The translations under genes were made by a program, and so were the position numbers. A stretch of DNA of 44,288 bases from Bacilli bacterium (GTDB lineage: Bacteria > Bacillota_I > Bacilli_A > RF39 > UBA660). The DNA is taken from assembly GCA_038321575.1 (NCBI GenBank), contig JBBQFD010000003.1:1-44288 (forward strand). The letters run 5' to 3'. Position 1 is the first letter of the stretch, and every line of letters starts with the position of its first letter. Below the pieces are notes generated by a model, which had not been told where the DNA came from, made no database searches, and worked only from the letters and a program-made list of their open reading frames with translations. Shown here piece after piece: positions 21,077 to 29,402 of this stretch.

Positions 21077-23932
21077 ATGAATAAAAAAGGATTTACTTTA
21101 ATTGAGGTTTTAGCAATAATTGTTGTTTTATCAGTTATTGCTATTATAACTGTACCAACAATTATTGGTGCTATTGCTAAAGCTAATGAATCATCAGCTA
21201 TAGATAGTTCTTATGGATACATAAGAGCATTACAAAATAAATTAAATACTAATTTACTATCTTTGCAACCAGAATTAGCACCAGGTGAATATACAATTAA
21301 TGATTTTGATTTAACAGTTAAAGGAACTATTCCATCAGCTGGTAATGTTACCATAAATAATAACGGAAGTATTATTACTGCCGATTTATGTGTTAGTGAT
21401 CGCTTAATAAATTACGCTAATGGTGTATCGGTTCTTAACCATACAGGTACTTGTGCTGATATTGCAGCACCAAAAGTGTTAACTGCAGATATTTGTTTTG
21501 ATTTTGAAGAATCAACGGGTACTATTATTGATTATTACCAATCATCAGATTATCCATCTGATCCCCAATATGCAACATGTGGAACCGATGTTGTTATCCC
21601 TTCACAAATTAATAATATTGATGTATTAATTATTGGCGATTATGCATTTGAACGTTATGAAATGCCTAGCGGACAATTAACATCACTCACTTTACCAAAT
21701 ACTTTAGTTAGTATTGGTGAAGGAGCTTTTGATTCAAATATTATAACATCATTAATTATTCCAAATAGTGTTACTTATATTGGAACTTATGCTTTTTATG
21801 AAAATCAAATAAATAATTTAGTCTTGGGTAACGGTTTAATAACTATTGATGAAGAAGCTTTTTACGATAATCAATTATCAAGTTTATTTATTCCAAATAG
21901 TGTTACCACTATTCAATACAGTGCATTTGAAAATAATTTAATAACTCAAGGGGCTCTAGAAGTTGATAATTGCAGTAGTGGAATAACCATAAAATCATCA
22001 GCTTTTGATAATAATGGTGTTTCTCAAAACGAAAAAATTACCCCGATATATTTAAATTACTGTTTTATTACACAACCGGTTGGCTGTTATGATTTTAATT
22101 CAGCAACAGGAACTATTGAAGAGTATTATCGTGCAGTTGATTATCCAGGTTATCAACCGTTCGCTTCATGCGGAAAAGATGTTGTAATACCTACGACTTT
22201 AAATAGTGTAGCAGTAGTAAATATTGGGTCTAAAGCTTTTGCAACGACCGAAGAAGGCGATGGCGATACCGTTAAAGATCCAGCTGGTAAATTAACATCA
22301 GTAGTTATTCCAAGCAGTGTTATAAATATCAGCTATGGTGCATTTAGAAATAATTTATTAACAACGGTTGTAATACCTAATTCGGTAACAACCATGGGTA
22401 ATGAAGCTTTTAAAGATAATTCCATAACTAATTTAACTTTAAGCCAAAGCTTAACTCTTATTGATAATCGTGCATTTGATAATAACAAAATTGCAACGGT
22501 TGTAATACCTAATTCGGTAACAACCATTGCTTATGCTGCATTTCAAGATAATGCCATAACTAGTTTAACTTTAAACCAAGGTCTAATTACTATTGAGGGT
22601 AGTGCTTTTACTAATAATAACATTGTATCATTAGTAATTCCTAATTCAGTAAAAACTATTGATTATCAAGCATTTTTTGATAATAACATTAGTAATTTAA
22701 CAATTGGTAGTGGAGTTAATTCACTTTCAGTTGCAGCTTTTAATAGAAACTCATTGCCAAATAACCAAGCTTTTATATATGCAAGAAATGGTGATGGCAC
22801 AGTAGATACAACATCATTGGTAAGCTATGGTGGCGCTCAAAAAAGTAATGTAACAATACCAAGTAATGTAATTACAATTGAGGGTAATTCGTTTAGATCC
22901 TGCTTATTAACCTCTGTTGTAATACCAAGTAATGTTGAATTAATTGATACTGCTGCATTCGATGATAATTTAATTACCACTTTAACTTTAAATCAAGGGT
23001 TAAAAACCATAGCGAGTACTGCATTTCTTAACAATCGAATAGCAACTCTCGTAATTCCAAATAGCGTAACTTTTATTGGTGATGAAGCATTTAAGAATAA
23101 TTTAATTGTTAATTTAAATTTAGGCCAAGGCTTAACAAACATATCAAATTATGCATTTTATAATAATCAAATAGCAACTCTCGTAATTCCAAATAGTGTA
23201 ATAACTATTGGCTATGGTGCATTCAATACCAATAACATTAGTAATTTAACAATTGGTAGCGGTGTCACAAGCATTGTTGGTAGCGCATTTAACAATAACT
23301 TGTTACCAAATAACCAAGCTTTCATATATGGAAGAAATAGTAATGGCACGGTAAATACGGCATTATTGGTAAGCTATGGTGGAGCTCAAAAAAGTAATGT
23401 TGTGATTCCAAGTAGTGTAACCACTATTGGCATGGTTGCGTTTTCTTATAGTCAATTAATTAGTGTAACAATACCAAGTAGTGTTATTAATATTAGTGGA
23501 AATGCATTTAATGATAATCAACTTACAAGCATTACCATACCAAGTAGTGTAACCACTATTGGTGACTTTGCATTTTATAATAACCAATTAACAAGTCTTA
23601 CAATGTCAAGCGGTTTATTATCAATTGGTGCTAATTCGTTTAACTATAATCAATTAACTAATTTAGTAATTCCAAATAGTGTAACTACTGTTAATGTAAA
23701 TGCATTCGCTAATAATCAATTATCTAGTGTAACATTCCCAGTTAGTACCACTAATATTGGTAATTATGCCTTAGATATGAATCAATTAACATCCATTGTA
23801 ATGGGTAAGACCGGAACAACTATCGGATCATATTTACTTGCTTATGGAAATAATATTTTTAAAACATCATATCAAGCCGGTGGAGCTGGAACTTACATTG
23901 GTACACAAAACGGTACTTGGACAAAACAATAA
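21077..23932 (+). CDS. Type IV prepilin-like protein with extensive BspA/LRR_5 leucine-rich repeats (surface adhesin)
   Basis: Class III signal peptide MNKKG|FTLIEVLAIIVVL with E5. Many 22-aa repeats of the form LTSxxIPNSVTTIGxxAFxxN. SD GGGAGG; promoter TTGTAT(21020)-17-TATAAT(21043). Confidence 0.9.
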   Translation: MNKKGFTLIEVLAIIVVLSVIAIITVPTIIGAIAKANESSAIDSSYGYIRALQNKLNTNLLSLQPELAPGEYTINDFDLTVKGTIPSAGNVTINNNGSIITADLCVSDRLINYANGVSVLNHTGTCADIAAPKVLTADICFDFEESTGTIIDYYQSSDYPSDPQYATCGTDVVIPSQINNIDVLIIGDYAFERYEMPSGQLTSLTLPNTLVSIGEGAFDSNIITSLIIPNSVTYIGTYAFYENQINNLVLGNGLITIDEEAFYDNQLSSLFIPNSVTTIQYSAFENNLITQGALEVDNCSSGITIKSSAFDNNGVSQNEKITPIYLNYCFITQPVGCYDFNSATGTIEEYYRAVDYPGYQPFASCGKDVVIPTTLNSVAVVNIGSKAFATTEEGDGDTVKDPAGKLTSVVIPSSVINISYGAFRNNLLTTVVIPNSVTTMGNEAFKDNSITNLTLSQSLTLIDNRAFDNNKIATVVIPNSVTTIAYAAFQDNAITSLTLNQGLITIEGSAFTNNNIVSLVIPNSVKTIDYQAFFDNNISNLTIGSGVNSLSVAAFNRNSLPNNQAFIYARNGDGTVDTTSLVSYGGAQKSNVTIPSNVITIEGNSFRSCLLTSVVIPSNVELIDTAAFDDNLITTLTLNQGLKTIASTAFLNNRIATLVIPNSVTFIGDEAFKNNLIVNLNLGQGLTNISNYAFYNNQIATLVIPNSVITIGYGAFNTNNISNLTIGSGVTSIVGSAFNNNLLPNNQAFIYGRNSNGTVNTALLVSYGGAQKSNVVIPSSVTTIGMVAFSYSQLISVTIPSSVINISGNAFNDNQLTSITIPSSVTTIGDFAFYNNQLTSLTMSSGLLSIGANSFNYNQLTNLVIPNSVTTVNVNAFANNQLSSVTFPVSTTNIGNYALDMNQLTSIVMGKTGTTIGSYLLAYGNNIFKTSYQAGGAGTYIGTQNGTWTKQ
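22362..22527 (+). repeat. 34-nt perfect direct repeat within the LRR region (22362-22395 = 22494-22527)
   Basis: CAACGGTTGTAATACCTAATTCGGTAACAACCAT occurs twice, offset 132 nt (two LRR units). Confidence 0.9.
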
Positions 23933-23934
23933 TT

Positions 23935-23959
23935 AAAGAGTTAATATTTAACTCTTTTT
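23935..23959 (+). terminator. Intrinsic terminator after the pilin-LRR gene
   Basis: AAAGAGTTAA-TAT-TTAACTCTTT plus T. Confidence 0.8.
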
Positions 23960-24005
23960 CTTTTATCTTAACCTAATCTTTGATACAATAGATTTAGGTG
24001 ATAAT

Positions 24006-27000
24006 ATGAATGATAAACTTAAGATTTTATTAGAACAAATCAAATTAGATAATGAATATTATTCATATTTTTCAAGTGCCAATCTTGATAAGATTGTGGG
24101 TAATAAAAATAAGGATACTTATAACTTCTTTATTACAATTGATCAAGTATTACCAGTCCATGTCTATCAAGAATTCATTAAAGCATTACAATTAGGTTTT
24201 CCTAATTTCAGTGTTAAAGTTAATTTCAGCATTATCAATCTCAACGATGAATATATTGCTGATTACTACAATTATCTAATTGATGAGTATTTAAAAGATA
24301 ATTCCCTATTACTTGTCTTTAAAGATTGCCCTATAACTTATATTGATAATGTCTTATCAATTGAACTTGGTAATAAAGCGGAAGTTATGAAATTAGAGAC
24401 CCTTAAAGATAAACTAATTAAGAATTTTAAAGCCTTTGGTTATGATAATCTTCGTATCGCATCAACTGTTAATGCTTCAAAAAGTATTAATATTAAAGAA
24501 GAGATTAGTAATGAACTTAAAATTGCTCATGATAATACTAAAAAAAGAGTCTCATCTAAGATTATTATGGGTGAAGATATTAAAAGTAAAGTAACTAGTA
24601 TTAGTAATATTATAAGTGAAGAAAATAATGTTACGATTGAAGCTACCGTTTTTGGTTTAGATTTTTTTGAATCAAGTCGTAGTAATTTTAAGATTATCAC
24701 TTTAAAAGTAACAGATACGACTGATAGTATGTATTGTAAGATCTTTATTAAAGATAATGATGATTTTGAGAAGTATAAGAAGATCTTTAAGGTTGGTGAT
24801 TGGTATAAAATTCGTGGTTATACTAAAAACGATGTTTATGCTAAAGAATTAGTCTTAAATGTTCGTGATATCAACGAGGTTAAAAAAGACACTCTTATTG
24901 TTAAAGATGAAGCCTTAGTTAAAAGAGTTGAGCTTCATGCTCATACTTTTATGAGTCAAATGGACGGTTTAATTGAACCTAAAGCTTTAGTTGAAAAAGC
25001 GATCTCTTGGGGACATCGTGCTATTGCGGTAACTGACCACAGTAGCGTACAAGCTTTCCCCGATATATATCACGCCATCTGTGATGTTAATAAGGGCTTA
25101 AAAGAGGGGGAAATACCATTTAAAGCCCTATATGGAGCTGAGTTAACCATGATTGATGATGCGGTTGATATTGTTATAAGACCAAACAGTACGATTCTAT
25201 TAGATAATACTTATGTTGTCTTTGACTTTGAGACCACTGGTTTTAATGCTGGTGGTGGAGATCAAATAATTGAAGTAGGGGCAGTCTTATTACATAATGG
25301 TGAGATTATTGATCGTTTTAGTGAACTCATTGATCCCAAAAGACCACTACCAGCTAAGATTATTGAAGTAACAAGTATTACTGATGAGATGTTAGTTGGT
25401 AAAGATAGTGAAGAAGAAGTAATAAAAAGATTTATTGCTTGGTTTAAAGATTATCCCATGGTCGCTCATAATGCTAAGTTTGATATGTCATTTTTAGAGA
25501 TGGCTTATAAGAAATATAACTTAGGAACCATTAAAAATACTATCTTAGATACTTTAGAACTATCTAGAACCTTAGATACTAGTTATAATCGCCATAACTT
25601 ATCAGCTTTAGTAAAACGTTATGAGATCCCTTTTGATGAAGAATCTCATCATCGTGCTGATTATGATGCTGAAGCGACTGCTTTAATTTTTCACAAAATG
25701 ATGAAAAAACTAAGTGATCGTAATATCGAAAAAATAAGTGACTTAGATAAACTAGTTGCGAAAGATGAAATATTCAAATTTGGTAAACCATATCATATTC
25801 AATTAATCGCTAAAAATAAAGTTGGTTTAAAGAATTTATTTAAAATCATTTCTTTAGCGAATACAAAATATTTATTTAAAACCCCACGTATCCCTAGAAG
25901 TGAAATAACTGCCCTTCGTGATGGTATTTTAATTGGTAGTGGATGTTATGAAAGCGAAGTTTTCAGTCAAGCTCGCGCCAAGAGTGATGAAGAGTTAATT
26001 AATGTTATAAATTTCTATGATTATGTCGAAATTCAACCTCTAGATTGTTATAATCATCTCCTACAAATGGATGACTTTGCTAATAAAGCAGAGTTAATTG
26101 AGCATGTAAACAAAATTGTTAGGGTCACCGATTTAGCAGGTAAAATAATGGTTGCTACCGGTGATGTACACCATTTGACAAAAGAGGATAAGGTCTATCG
26201 TCAAATCATTGTCAATCAAAAAGTACCTGGTGGTGGGCGCCACCCATTAGCAAGAACTAATATTACCGAAATTCCTAGTAATCATCTTCGTACAACTGAT
26301 GAAATGCTATCTGATTTTAGTTTTTTAGACAAAAAAACAGCTACTAAAATTGTAATAACTAACCCAAATCTAATTGTTGATATGATCGATGTTATTGAGA
26401 TTATTATTGAAACCGGAGGTATTCCTTTTTCACCTAAAATTGATAACTCTGTCGAAATTGTTAAACAATTAGTATATGATAAAGCGCATGAACTTTATGG
26501 TGATGAATTACCTAAGATAATTGATGATCGAATTGAAAAAGAATTATCGGGAATTATTAAAGGCGGATTTGATGTTATTTATCTAATTGCTCAAAAATTA
26601 GTAAAGAAATCTAACGATGATGGTTACTTAGTAGGTAGTCGTGGTTCAGTTGGATCTTCCTTTGTTGCTACTTTAATGGGGATAACGGAAGTTAATCCAC
26701 TAGCACCTCATTACCGTTGTCCTAGTTGTAAATATAGTACGTTTGAAGTTAATGGGTCACCACTTACTGATAGCTATTATAGTGGTTTTGATTTACCTGA
26801 CCGCAATTGTCCAAAGTGTGAAACACTTCTTTTAAAAGATGGCCAAGATATTCCTTTTGCAACTTTCTTAGGCTTTGATGCTGATAAAGTACCAGATATT
26901 GATTTAAATTTCTCCGGTGATTATCAAGCTAAAGCCCATGATTATACTAAAGAATTATTTGGTGAAGATAATGTTTATCGTGCGGGTACCATCGGTACTG

Positions 27001-28334
27001 TTGCTGATAAAACGGCTTTTGGATTTGTTCGTGGTTTTGCTGAGGAAAAAGGTATAACGATGCGAACTGCAGAAATCGAACGCTTAGCAGTCGGTTGTAC
27101 CGGTGTTAAAAGAACAACCGGTCAACATCCAGGAGGCATCGTTGTTATCCCTAGTTATATGGATGTCTTTGATTTTACTCCTTATCAATATCCAGCTGAT
27201 GATCCAACATCATTATGGAAAACTACTCATTTTGATTATCATGCGATTGATCAAGATGTTTTAAAACTTGATATCTTAGGACATGATGATCCAACTATCT
27301 TAAGGATGTTACAAGATCTAACCAAAGTTGATATTTTAAGTATTCCTTTAGATGACCCTAAAGTAATTAGTATATTTAGAAGCCCTGATGCTTTAGGTAT
27401 TACTGAAGAAGACATTAACTGCCAAACAGGAACTTTAGGAATCCCCGAATTCGGGACTAAACTTACTATAAATATGTTACTTGATACCCAACCTGAAACA
27501 TTCGCGGAACTTACTAAGTTATCAGGATTATCTCATGGGACTGATGTTTGGACTGGTAATGCCCAAGAATTAATTAAGAATAATGTCTGTGACTTTAAAG
27601 AGGTTATTGGTTGTCGTGATGATATCATGATTTATCTAATGTATAATGGTATGAAACCAAAAGATGCCTTTAAAATAATGGAATTTGTTCGTAAAGGTAA
27701 ACCAAGTAGGGAAACTGATAAATGGGCAGAGATGGCTGAACAAATGCGTCAAGCAGGCATTGTTGAATGGTATATTGATTCTTGTTATAAGATTAAATAT
27801 ATGTTTCCTAAGGCTCATGCTGCTGCCTATGTTATGAGTGCTTGTCGTATCGCTTGGTTTAAAGTTTATTATCCAATTTATTATTATGCTGCTTATTTCT
27901 CAATTCGTTCTAATGACTTTGATCTTGATGTCATGGTTAAAGGAACCAATGCTATTAAAACTAAGATTGCGGAGATTATTAATAAAGGAAAAGATGCTTC
28001 CAATAAAGAAGCAGGAATCTTAGATACCCTTCAAATAGCTTTAGAAGCTAGTGTTAGAGGTTTTAAATTTGCAAATGTTAATCTTCTTTTAAGTGATGCT
28101 TCACACTTTATTGTAAGTGATGATAAAACAACCTTAATTCCACCATTTAGAGCCCTTGAGGGTCTTGGTGGAACCGTTGCTAATAAGATTATTGATGAAC
28201 GCAATAAAGGTGAATTCTTAAGCATTGAAGACTTCCAAAAACGTGGTAAAGTATCATCTACTTTAATTGAAAAAATGCGTTTTATGGGTGTTTTAAAAGA
28301 CCTAGATGAATCCAGTCAATTAAGTTTATTTTAG
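24006..28334 (+). CDS. polC: DNA polymerase III PolC-type alpha subunit
   Basis: PHP motif ELHAHTFMSQMDG, embedded exonuclease VFDFETTG, GSRGSVGSS and KVPDIDLNFSG. Confidence 0.98.
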   Translation: MNDKLKILLEQIKLDNEYYSYFSSANLDKIVGNKNKDTYNFFITIDQVLPVHVYQEFIKALQLGFPNFSVKVNFSIINLNDEYIADYYNYLIDEYLKDNSLLLVFKDCPITYIDNVLSIELGNKAEVMKLETLKDKLIKNFKAFGYDNLRIASTVNASKSINIKEEISNELKIAHDNTKKRVSSKIIMGEDIKSKVTSISNIISEENNVTIEATVFGLDFFESSRSNFKIITLKVTDTTDSMYCKIFIKDNDDFEKYKKIFKVGDWYKIRGYTKNDVYAKELVLNVRDINEVKKDTLIVKDEALVKRVELHAHTFMSQMDGLIEPKALVEKAISWGHRAIAVTDHSSVQAFPDIYHAICDVNKGLKEGEIPFKALYGAELTMIDDAVDIVIRPNSTILLDNTYVVFDFETTGFNAGGGDQIIEVGAVLLHNGEIIDRFSELIDPKRPLPAKIIEVTSITDEMLVGKDSEEEVIKRFIAWFKDYPMVAHNAKFDMSFLEMAYKKYNLGTIKNTILDTLELSRTLDTSYNRHNLSALVKRYEIPFDEESHHRADYDAEATALIFHKMMKKLSDRNIEKISDLDKLVAKDEIFKFGKPYHIQLIAKNKVGLKNLFKIISLANTKYLFKTPRIPRSEITALRDGILIGSGCYESEVFSQARAKSDEELINVINFYDYVEIQPLDCYNHLLQMDDFANKAELIEHVNKIVRVTDLAGKIMVATGDVHHLTKEDKVYRQIIVNQKVPGGGRHPLARTNITEIPSNHLRTTDEMLSDFSFLDKKTATKIVITNPNLIVDMIDVIEIIIETGGIPFSPKIDNSVEIVKQLVYDKAHELYGDELPKIIDDRIEKELSGIIKGGFDVIYLIAQKLVKKSNDDGYLVGSRGSVGSSFVATLMGITEVNPLAPHYRCPSCKYSTFEVNGSPLTDSYYSGFDLPDRNCPKCETLLLKDGQDIPFATFLGFDADKVPDIDLNFSGDYQAKAHDYTKELFGEDNVYRAGTIGTVADKTAFGFVRGFAEEKGITMRTAEIERLAVGCTGVKRTTGQHPGGIVVIPSYMDVFDFTPYQYPADDPTSLWKTTHFDYHAIDQDVLKLDILGHDDPTILRMLQDLTKVDILSIPLDDPKVISIFRSPDALGITEEDINCQTGTLGIPEFGTKLTINMLLDTQPETFAELTKLSGLSHGTDVWTGNAQELIKNNVCDFKEVIGCRDDIMIYLMYNGMKPKDAFKIMEFVRKGKPSRETDKWAEMAEQMRQAGIVEWYIDSCYKIKYMFPKAHAAAYVMSACRIAWFKVYYPIYYYAAYFSIRSNDFDLDVMVKGTNAIKTKIAEIINKGKDASNKEAGILDTLQIALEASVRGFKFANVNLLLSDASHFIVSDDKTTLIPPFRALEGLGGTVANKIIDERNKGEFLSIEDFQKRGKVSSTLIEKMRFMGVLKDLDESSQLSLF

Positions 28335-28356
28335 ATAAGAGCAATCTTATCTTTTT
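28333..28356 (+). terminator. Intrinsic terminator after polC
   Basis: AGATAAGA-GCAA-TCTTATCT plus T tract. Confidence 0.8.
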
Positions 28357-28362
28357 CTTTAT

Positions 28363-28390
28363 TTGACAAACATTCATATTAGTATATAAT
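28363..28390 (+). promoter_or_regulatory. Sigma-A-like promoter with 16-bp spacer
   Basis: TTGACA(28363-68)-16 nt-TATAAT(28385-90). Confidence 0.75.
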
Positions 28391-28420
28391 ATAAACATCT
28401 TATTAAAAAGGGGAACAATT

Positions 28421-28960
28421 ATGGGATATGAATTAATAAATGAAGGCCGCAAATTTTATAAAATATCATCAGCATATATTGCTCGTTTCTTATCTGAAAA
28501 AACTTATCGTTTTGAAGAAAGATTTTTATATAGCAAAAGACGTAATAGTGCCTTACGTAAAAGTGATGATTTCAAGCTTTATTATGGGTTACCAGAATAT
28601 ATGCTTTTTGAAGAAGTAAATGGTGAATTAGTTGAATTCTTAACTAAGAATCCTATTTTACCAGAATCACAAAGAAATGAATGTGAAGGACTATATTATA
28701 TTGAACAACTAGATCATAGAGCTCATAAAACCTTACCAATTGTTATACCTCTTTATACAAATGAAGAAGTTAATAGTTGTTATGCTGGTTTTAATGATGA
28801 TGAATTGATGGAAATATCTAAATTATATGATGATTTTCACAATAAAAGTAAAGATGCTAAAACGCGTTATTTAGGTATTCAATCAGGTAAAATTAAAAGA
28901 ATTACTTTTAAAAATCCTTATTTCTCATCAACTAAAAGAAACGCTACCAGATTCAAATAA
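28421..28960 (+). CDS. Hypothetical protein (ORFan), monocistronic
   Basis: 179-aa ORF with SD AAGGGG, its own promoter and terminator; no recognised motif. Confidence 0.8.
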   Translation: MGYELINEGRKFYKISSAYIARFLSEKTYRFEERFLYSKRRNSALRKSDDFKLYYGLPEYMLFEEVNGELVEFLTKNPILPESQRNECEGLYYIEQLDHRAHKTLPIVIPLYTNEEVNSCYAGFNDDELMEISKLYDDFHNKSKDAKTRYLGIQSGKIKRITFKNPYFSSTKRNATRFK

Positions 28961-28974
28961 TGAATCTGGTTTTT
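28946..28974 (+). terminator. Intrinsic terminator straddling the 28960 stop
   Basis: ACCAGATTCA-AATAA-TGAATCTGGT plus T tract. Confidence 0.8.
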
Positions 28975-29028
28975 CTTTGGCATAAAATTCATATAGATGA
29001 TATAATTATATTGGAATGGATGGTTTTT

Positions 29029-29385
29029 ATGACTAAAAAAACAAGCCTTATGATTTTAGGAATAATCGCTTTATTATTAATCGTCTTAACCTTCAGTTAT
29101 CAACCCAAAGATTTATTCTATGGTTTAAAACCAAAAGTGACTTTTGGTGAATATAAAATATATGATATTGTTGAACAACGTAATTTAGCTTGTGCTGAAA
29201 TGATTGAGATTCTTGATAGTGATGAGATATATGAATACTATTTTAACTGTCTAAGAAGTGATCAAATCTATTTTGTCAGTGAAACAGAAATTATAAAAGT
29301 TAAAACCTTCTATAAAGCGGGGCTTATAACTAAAGAACAATTATATGAATTAAAGATTATTGATAGAATGTTAAAAGTAAATTAG
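29029..29385 (+). CDS. Small membrane-anchored/secreted hypothetical protein with a Cys pair
   Basis: MTKK followed by a hydrophobic helix; ACAEMIE...YYFNC. Start placed after TGATATAAT (28998). Confidence 0.7.
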   Translation: MTKKTSLMILGIIALLLIVLTFSYQPKDLFYGLKPKVTFGEYKIYDIVEQRNLACAEMIEILDSDEIYEYYFNCLRSDQIYFVSETEIIKVKTFYKAGLITKEQLYELKIIDRMLKVN

Positions 29386-29402
29386 ATTGAAAGAGTGATG
29401 TT

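Noticed and set aside
22682-23400. Diversity-generating retroelement TR/VR pair in the pilin-LRR gene
   Set aside because: Both copies are in-frame coding, mismatches are not restricted to adenines, and no reverse transcriptase is present.
28960-29028. Longest-ORF starts at 28960 (likewise 4713, 5727, 15898, 15950, 21020, 36629, 38344)
   Set aside because: The extensions run through terminators, promoters or upstream genes; downstream starts have proper SDs.
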